From NCBI RefSeq assembly GCF_009914755.1, contig NC_060928.1: a DNA stretch of 64,000 bases, one strand, 5' to 3'. Of this stretch, positions 58,128 through 64,000 are shown piece by piece. The notes below the pieces were generated by a model, which did no database searches, had not been told where the DNA came from, and saw nothing but the letters and a program-made list of their open reading frames with translations. Both the position numbers and the translations under genes were made by a program. Each line of letters starts with the position of its first letter. Position 1 is the first letter of the stretch. This DNA is from the human T2T-CHM13v2.0 reference genome, Homo sapiens.

Positions 58128-58289
58128 TTATATATATATATACACAAATAATGTCAAGATACCACTAACCACGCTGTGAGTAGAAGAGCAAGTATTAATA
58201 TTAATCTTTACTTTTTAGCCTGAGGCCTAAGATGACACTAATGTTATCATTATCATCATCAGCATCAGCATCCCCTTCCTTCTAAGAGC

Positions 58290-58510
58290 TGAGATTTGTT
58301 GAGCCTTCACTTTGTACTTTTCATGCATTATCTTATTTAATGACAACAATAACCCAGTAAGTCAGTACTCTTATTACTCCATTTTTTACGTTTAAAAAAT
58401 CAAGCTTAGACAAGTTAATAATATTCCCAACGTCACACAGCTAGTGGAGGGAAGTGTTGGAATTCAGATCTAGTATCATATTGTAACCTGACAGTGCTTT
58501 TAACAATTGC
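58290..58510 (-). mobile_element. MIR
   Basis: catgcattatcttatttaat...tattactccatttt...cgtcacacagctagt...ggaattcagatctag. Confidence 0.85.
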
Positions 58511-59094
58511 TGAGAATTTCCTCGTAGCATAATTTTGTTGTTTTTTAATTCCCTCGTAGATGCTCGAACATGCAACTCAAAGATTGAAATAATCTTTATA
58601 ATAGTTGGTTACTGAAGCTACTTCCCTCTTTTTCAGTTTTCTGTACTATGACCTCATCCCCCTTCTACCTTCCCTCACTTCCCTTCCCACTCTTCCTTTA
58701 AGATTACAGGAAGAAAACCTATTCATGCGTTGCTAGGTCAGTTTTAAGAATAACTCTAGATAAACCTAAGGTCCAATTTTATATCCAAATTTGAAGACCA
58801 GTATTCATTTCATAATCCTTCCATCAAAGGGATTTTGTGTTTGCAATATAGATAACAGTGTTCTAATCCAAGAAGTGTTTCTTGGAGACAAAGACTATTA
58901 CTCTTGTCACACCAACTAATGACATTGTCCTCCTTATAGTCTTTGGAATAGGAGGAGATAGTGATTGTTTATAAGCTCAGAAAAGAGCATTAAATTGCTG
59001 ATCCATTAGGATTTTCATTTTCAAAGTCTTTGAAACAGCTTGGTACACATTTTTTTTACCATCTTATTTTCTAAACAAGATTAATGGTTCTTAG

Positions 59095-59394
<300 letters not shown>

Positions 59395-59899
59395 TCTTCA
59401 ATGTTCTTTAGGATCATGCAGATTAAATAGTGAGAGTCTATTTGCACTTATGTCCATCAAGTTGCAATACTGACTAAAGTCAAACTAGAAAATTAAACAC
59501 CTATTATTGCCATATGTGACCAGAATATAAAGCCAATAAAAGCCAAACTGATATTTTGGGTCATCATGAATTTGTTCCATCTTTAGGTGATAGGAAGGTT
59601 TCAGCTTTGATATTCTTTATATTTGGAACTGAGTTTCTGCTACTCAGTTCTAAGAGTAGTAGGAACTCAAGAGCATGACTTTTACATTAGTAGGCAAATG
59701 ATTTTATATGGCTATAAGTACTGTAGTTATATATATTTGATTATTCAATATTAAAGCATCAATAGTTAGGTTTAATCAACCAATATTCTCTGTGAAATAC
59801 ATTGAATCCAAATAGAGGACACTTCTACCTAGAAAAGAGGCAGCAGAACAGAATACAATAAGGGACCTAATCATTTTCACTTGTCACCTGTAAGTCTCT

Positions 59900-60290
59900 T
59901 TATTGTTATTATTGTGATCAAAACACATAACATGAAATCTACCCCCATAACAACTGTTTTCAGTGTACAGTACATATAGTTAACTATAGGTACATTTTTA
60001 TAAATCAGATCTGTAGAACTTCTTCGTCTTGCATGACTGAATCTTTATATCCATTGAAAAGCAATAACCCATTTCCCACTCTCTGCTGCCACTGGCAACC
60101 ATCATTCTACTTTTTGCTTCTATGAGTTTGACTATGTTTGATACCTCATATAAGGGGAATCATATAGCATTTCTTTCCATGACTGGATTATTTCACTTAG
60201 CATAATGTCTCAAGGTTCATCCATGTTTTAGCATATGACAGGATTTCCTTCTTTGTTGAGGTTGAATAATATTCCATTGTGCATATACAA
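59900..60290 (-). mobile_element. L1MA/MB 3' end fragment
   Basis: ctggcaaccatcattctact...tatgagtttgact...ttatttcacttagcataatgtc...aataatattccattgtg. Confidence 0.88.
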
Positions 60291-60344
60291 TAAAACATAT
60301 ACATTATATATATGTGTGTGTGTATATACACATATATTTTTTAG

Positions 60345-60460
60345 AAGTTTGACTTACAGTTCTGCATGGCTGGGGAGGCCTCAGGAAACTTACAGTCATG
60401 GAGGAAGGCAGAGGAGGAGCAAGCACCTTCTGACATGGCTGTGAGGGAAGGGAGAAAGAG
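60345..60460 (-). mobile_element. MSTA/THE1 LTR fragment
   Basis: cagttctgcatggctggggaggcctcaggaaacttacagtcatgg. Confidence 0.85.
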
Positions 60461-60469
60461 TGCAATGTA

Positions 60470-62455
60470 AAAGTGTTCCCTGTTCACTACATCCACACCA
60501 AAATCTATTATTTTTTGATTTTTAGATTATGGCCATTCTTGCAGGAGTAGGGTGGTATCACATTGTGGTTTTGATTTGCATTTCCCTGATCATTAGTGAT
60601 GTTGAGCATTTTGTATATGTTTCTTGGCCATTTGTTTAACTTCTTTTGAGAATTGTCTATTCATGTCCTTAGCCCACTTTTTTATGGGATTGTTTGTTTT
60701 TTTCTTGAAGTTCGTTGTAGATTCAGGATATTAGTCCTTTGTCAGATGTATAGATTGTGAAGATTTTGTCCCACTTTCTAGGTTGTCTGTTTACTCTACT
60801 GACTGTTGCTTTTGCTGTGCAAATCTCTATAGTTTGATTACATCCCTTTTATTTATCTTTGTTTTCATTGCATTTGTTTTTGGGTTCTTCGTCATGATAT
60901 TCTTGCCTAAGCCAATTTCCAGAAGGGTTTTTCTGATGTTATCTTCTAGAATTTTCATAGTTTCGGGTCTTATATTTAAGTCCTTAATCCATCTTGAGTT
61001 GATTTGTGTATAAGGTGAGAGATCAGGATCCGGTTTCTTTCTCCTAAATGTGGCTTGTCAGTTATCCCAGCACCATTTGTTGAATAAAGTGTCGTTTTCC
61101 CACTTTATGTTTTTGTTTGCTTTGTCAAAGATCAGTTGGCTGTAAGTATCTGGGTTTATTTCTAGTTTCTCTATTCTGTTCCATTGGTCTATGTGTCTAT
61201 TTTAAAACCACTACCATGCTGTTTTGGTGACTACAGCCTTATAGTATAGTTTGAAATCAGGTAATGTGATGCCTCCAGATTTGTTCTTTTTGCTTAGTCT
61301 TGCTTTGGGTCTGTAGGCTCTTTTTTGGTTCCATATGAATTTTAGGATTTTTTTTCTAGTTCTGTGAAGAATGATGGTGGTATTTTGATGGGAATTGCAT
61401 TGAATTTGTAGATTGCTTTTGGCAGTATGGTCATTTTCACAATATTGATTCTACCCATTCATGAGCATGGGATGTGTTTCCATTTGTTTGTATTGTCTAT
61501 GGTTTCTTTCAGCAGAGTTTTGTAGTCTTCCTTGTAGAGGACTTTCACCTCCTTGGTTAGATATATTCCTAAGTTTTTATTTTTATTTTTGCAGCTATTG
61601 TAAAAGGGGTTGAGTTCTTGATTTGATTATCAGGTTGGTCACTGTATAGGAAAGCTACTGATTTGTGTACATTAATTTTGTGTCTGGGAACTTTGCTGAA
61701 TTCTTTTGCCAGTTCTAAGAGCTTTTTGGAGGAGTCTTTAGAGTTTTCTAGGTATACAACCATATCATCAGCAAACAGTGACAGTTTGACTTCTGTACTG
61801 ATTTGGATGCCCTTTATTTATTTCTCTTGTTTGATTGCTCTGGCTAGGACTTCCAGTACTATGTTGAATAGAAGTGGTGAAAGTGGTCATCCGTGTCTTG
61901 TTCCAGTTCCCAGAGGGAATGCTTTCAACTTTTCCCCATTCAGTGTTATGTTGACTGTGAGTTTGTCATACACGGCTTTTATTACATTGAGGCATGTCCC
62001 TTGTATGCTAATTTTGCTGAGAGTTTTAATCATAAATGGATGCTGGATTTTGTCGAATGCTTTTTCTGCATCTATTGAGATGATCATGTGATTTTCATTT
62101 TTAATTCTGTTTATCTGTTTTACGACATTTATTATTTGCAGATGTTAAACCATCTCTGTATCCCTGGTATGAAACCCACTATATCATGGTAGATTAACTT
62201 TTTGATATGCTAGTATTTTGTTGAGGAATTTTGCATCTATGTTCATCAGGGGTATTGGTCTGTAGTTTTCTTTTTTGGTTATGTCCTTTCCTGGTTTTGA
62301 TATTATGGTGATACTGGCTTCATAGAATGATTTAGGGAGGATACCCTCTTTCTCCATCTTGTGGAATAGTGTCAACAGGATTGGTGCCAATTCTTCTTTG
62401 AATATCTGGTAGAATTCAGCTGTGAATCCACCTGGTTCTGGACTTTTATTTTTCT
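60470..62455 (-). mobile_element. L1PB/L1PA-old ORF2 fragment
   Basis: Minus-strand peptides [49 protein letters not shown]. Confidence 0.93.
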
Positions 62456-62469
62456 TGTCCTTGGTTTAG

Positions 62470-64000
62470 AGGAGGCCATAAAATCTTTGCCTAGACCAAT
62501 GTCCTGAAGTGTTTTACCTATGTTTTCTTTTGGTAGTTTTATAGTATTGAGTCTTATGTTGAAGACTTTAATCCATTTTGATTTGATTTTTGCATATGGT
62601 GAGAGATACAGGCCCAGTTTTATTATTTTGGATGTGGCTATACAATATACCCAGCAATATTTATTGAAGAGAGTATGGTTTCACCAAGTATGTAGTTGGT
62701 ATATTTATCAAAAACAATTTGGCTGTAAATACATGGATTTATATCTGAACTCTCTATTTTCTTTCTTTGGTCTATGTGTCTATTTACATAACCATAACAT
62801 GCTGTTTTGTTACTATAGCCTTATAATACATTTTAACATCAGGTAATGTGATGTCTCCAGTTTTGCTCTTTTTGCTCAGCTTGTTTTGGCTACTAAGGCT
62901 GTTTTTGGTTTCATACAAATTTTAGGATTTCTTTTTAATACTGTGAATAATCACATTGGTAGTTGGATAAAAATTGCATTGAATCTGTAAATTGCTTTGG
63001 GCAGTATGGTCATTTTAATGATATAAATTTTTACAATCCATGAATATGGGGTGTCTTTCCAATTTTTGTGTGCTCTTTAATTTCTTTTTATTACTGGATT
63101 ATAGTTTTCTGGTAGAGATTTTCAATTCCTTGATTAAAGTTATTACTAGATATTTCATTTTTCTGTAGCTATTGCAAATGAATTACTTTCCTGATTTTTT
63201 CTCAGCTAGCTAATTATAGATGTATAAAACACTACTGATTATTCTATGTTGATTTTGTATCCTGTGACTTTAATCAATTTATTTATCAGTTCAAAGTTTT
63301 TGGAAGAGTCTTTAGGTTTTCCTAAATAGATCATATCATCAGCAAAGAGAGAAAATTTCACTTCCTCTTTTCCGACTTGAATGTCTTTTACTTCTTTCTC
63401 CTGCCCAAATGCTCTGGATAGGGCTTCAAGTACAATACTGAATAAGAGTAGTGAAAGTGAGCACCTTTGTCTTGTTCCAGGTCTTAGAGGAAGGACTTTC
63501 ACCTTTTTCCCATTCAATACAATGTTAGCTGTGAGCTTATCATATATAGCTTTTTTAAATATTGAGGTACATTTTTTTATGCCTTGTTTGCTGAGAATTT
63601 TTATGATAAAGGGACAGTAAATTTTATCGATTTTTTCTGTGTCTATTGTGATGATCATATAGCTTTTTGTTCCTCATACTGTTGATGTGATGCATCATGT
63701 TTATAGATTTGCCTGTCATGAACCATTCTTGCACCATGGGGATAAATTCCACTTGATCACACTGTAGTTTGTTGTTGTTATTGCTGTTGTGCTGTTCGAT
63801 TCAGTTTGCTAGTATTTTGTTGAGAATTTTTACATCTGTGTTCATTGGGCATATTGCCTGTGGTTTTATTTTCTTGTTGCATCTTTGTCTGTTTTTGATA
63901 TCAGGACAATTCTGGTCTGGTAGAATGAGTTAGACAGAATTCACGCCACTCCAATTTTTTGCTAGAGTTTGAGAATAATTGATATTAGTTCTTCTTTGAA
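62470..64000 (-). mobile_element. Older L1 (L1MA-like) ORF2 fragment, runs off the window
   Basis: [15 protein letters not shown]...GTRQRCSLS...FSLFADDMIY (63239-63658). Confidence 0.92.

Overview
AT-rich primate genomic DNA, human or a close ape judging by AluJ/S/Y, L1PA, HERV-L/MLT2A, THE1/MST and MADE1. Interspersed repeats dominate: an internally deleted HERV-L with its 3' MLT2A LTR (1-1856), a decayed full-length L1PA with a 13-bp TSD and a nested AluS (14879-21622), further L1 fragments, eight Alus, nested ERVL-class LTRs, MaLR LTRs, L2/MIR/L3 relics, hAT and mariner MITEs, and microsatellites. No intact single-exon gene, structural RNA gene or CRISPR array is visible; almost all supplied ORFs are repeat-derived or chance. 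The main signal outside repeats is on the minus strand: short AG...GT-bounded candidate exons (25, 23, 68, 60, 46 and 53 nt, plus weaker 20-41 nt ones) spread over ~45 kb. Their open phases chain into one frame (xKEYVIITSLARLQLD...IGTFDNEGNSGIDKKNRLLGLEWFEERMNSVINDRGNLDMIFTNWENILMTL). This suggests the interior of a large-intron, micro-exon-rich gene with possible alternative terminal exons. I cannot name it, the model was built by eye, and some exons may be chance. Repeat subfamily names are from memory of consensus sequences and boundaries are approximate.
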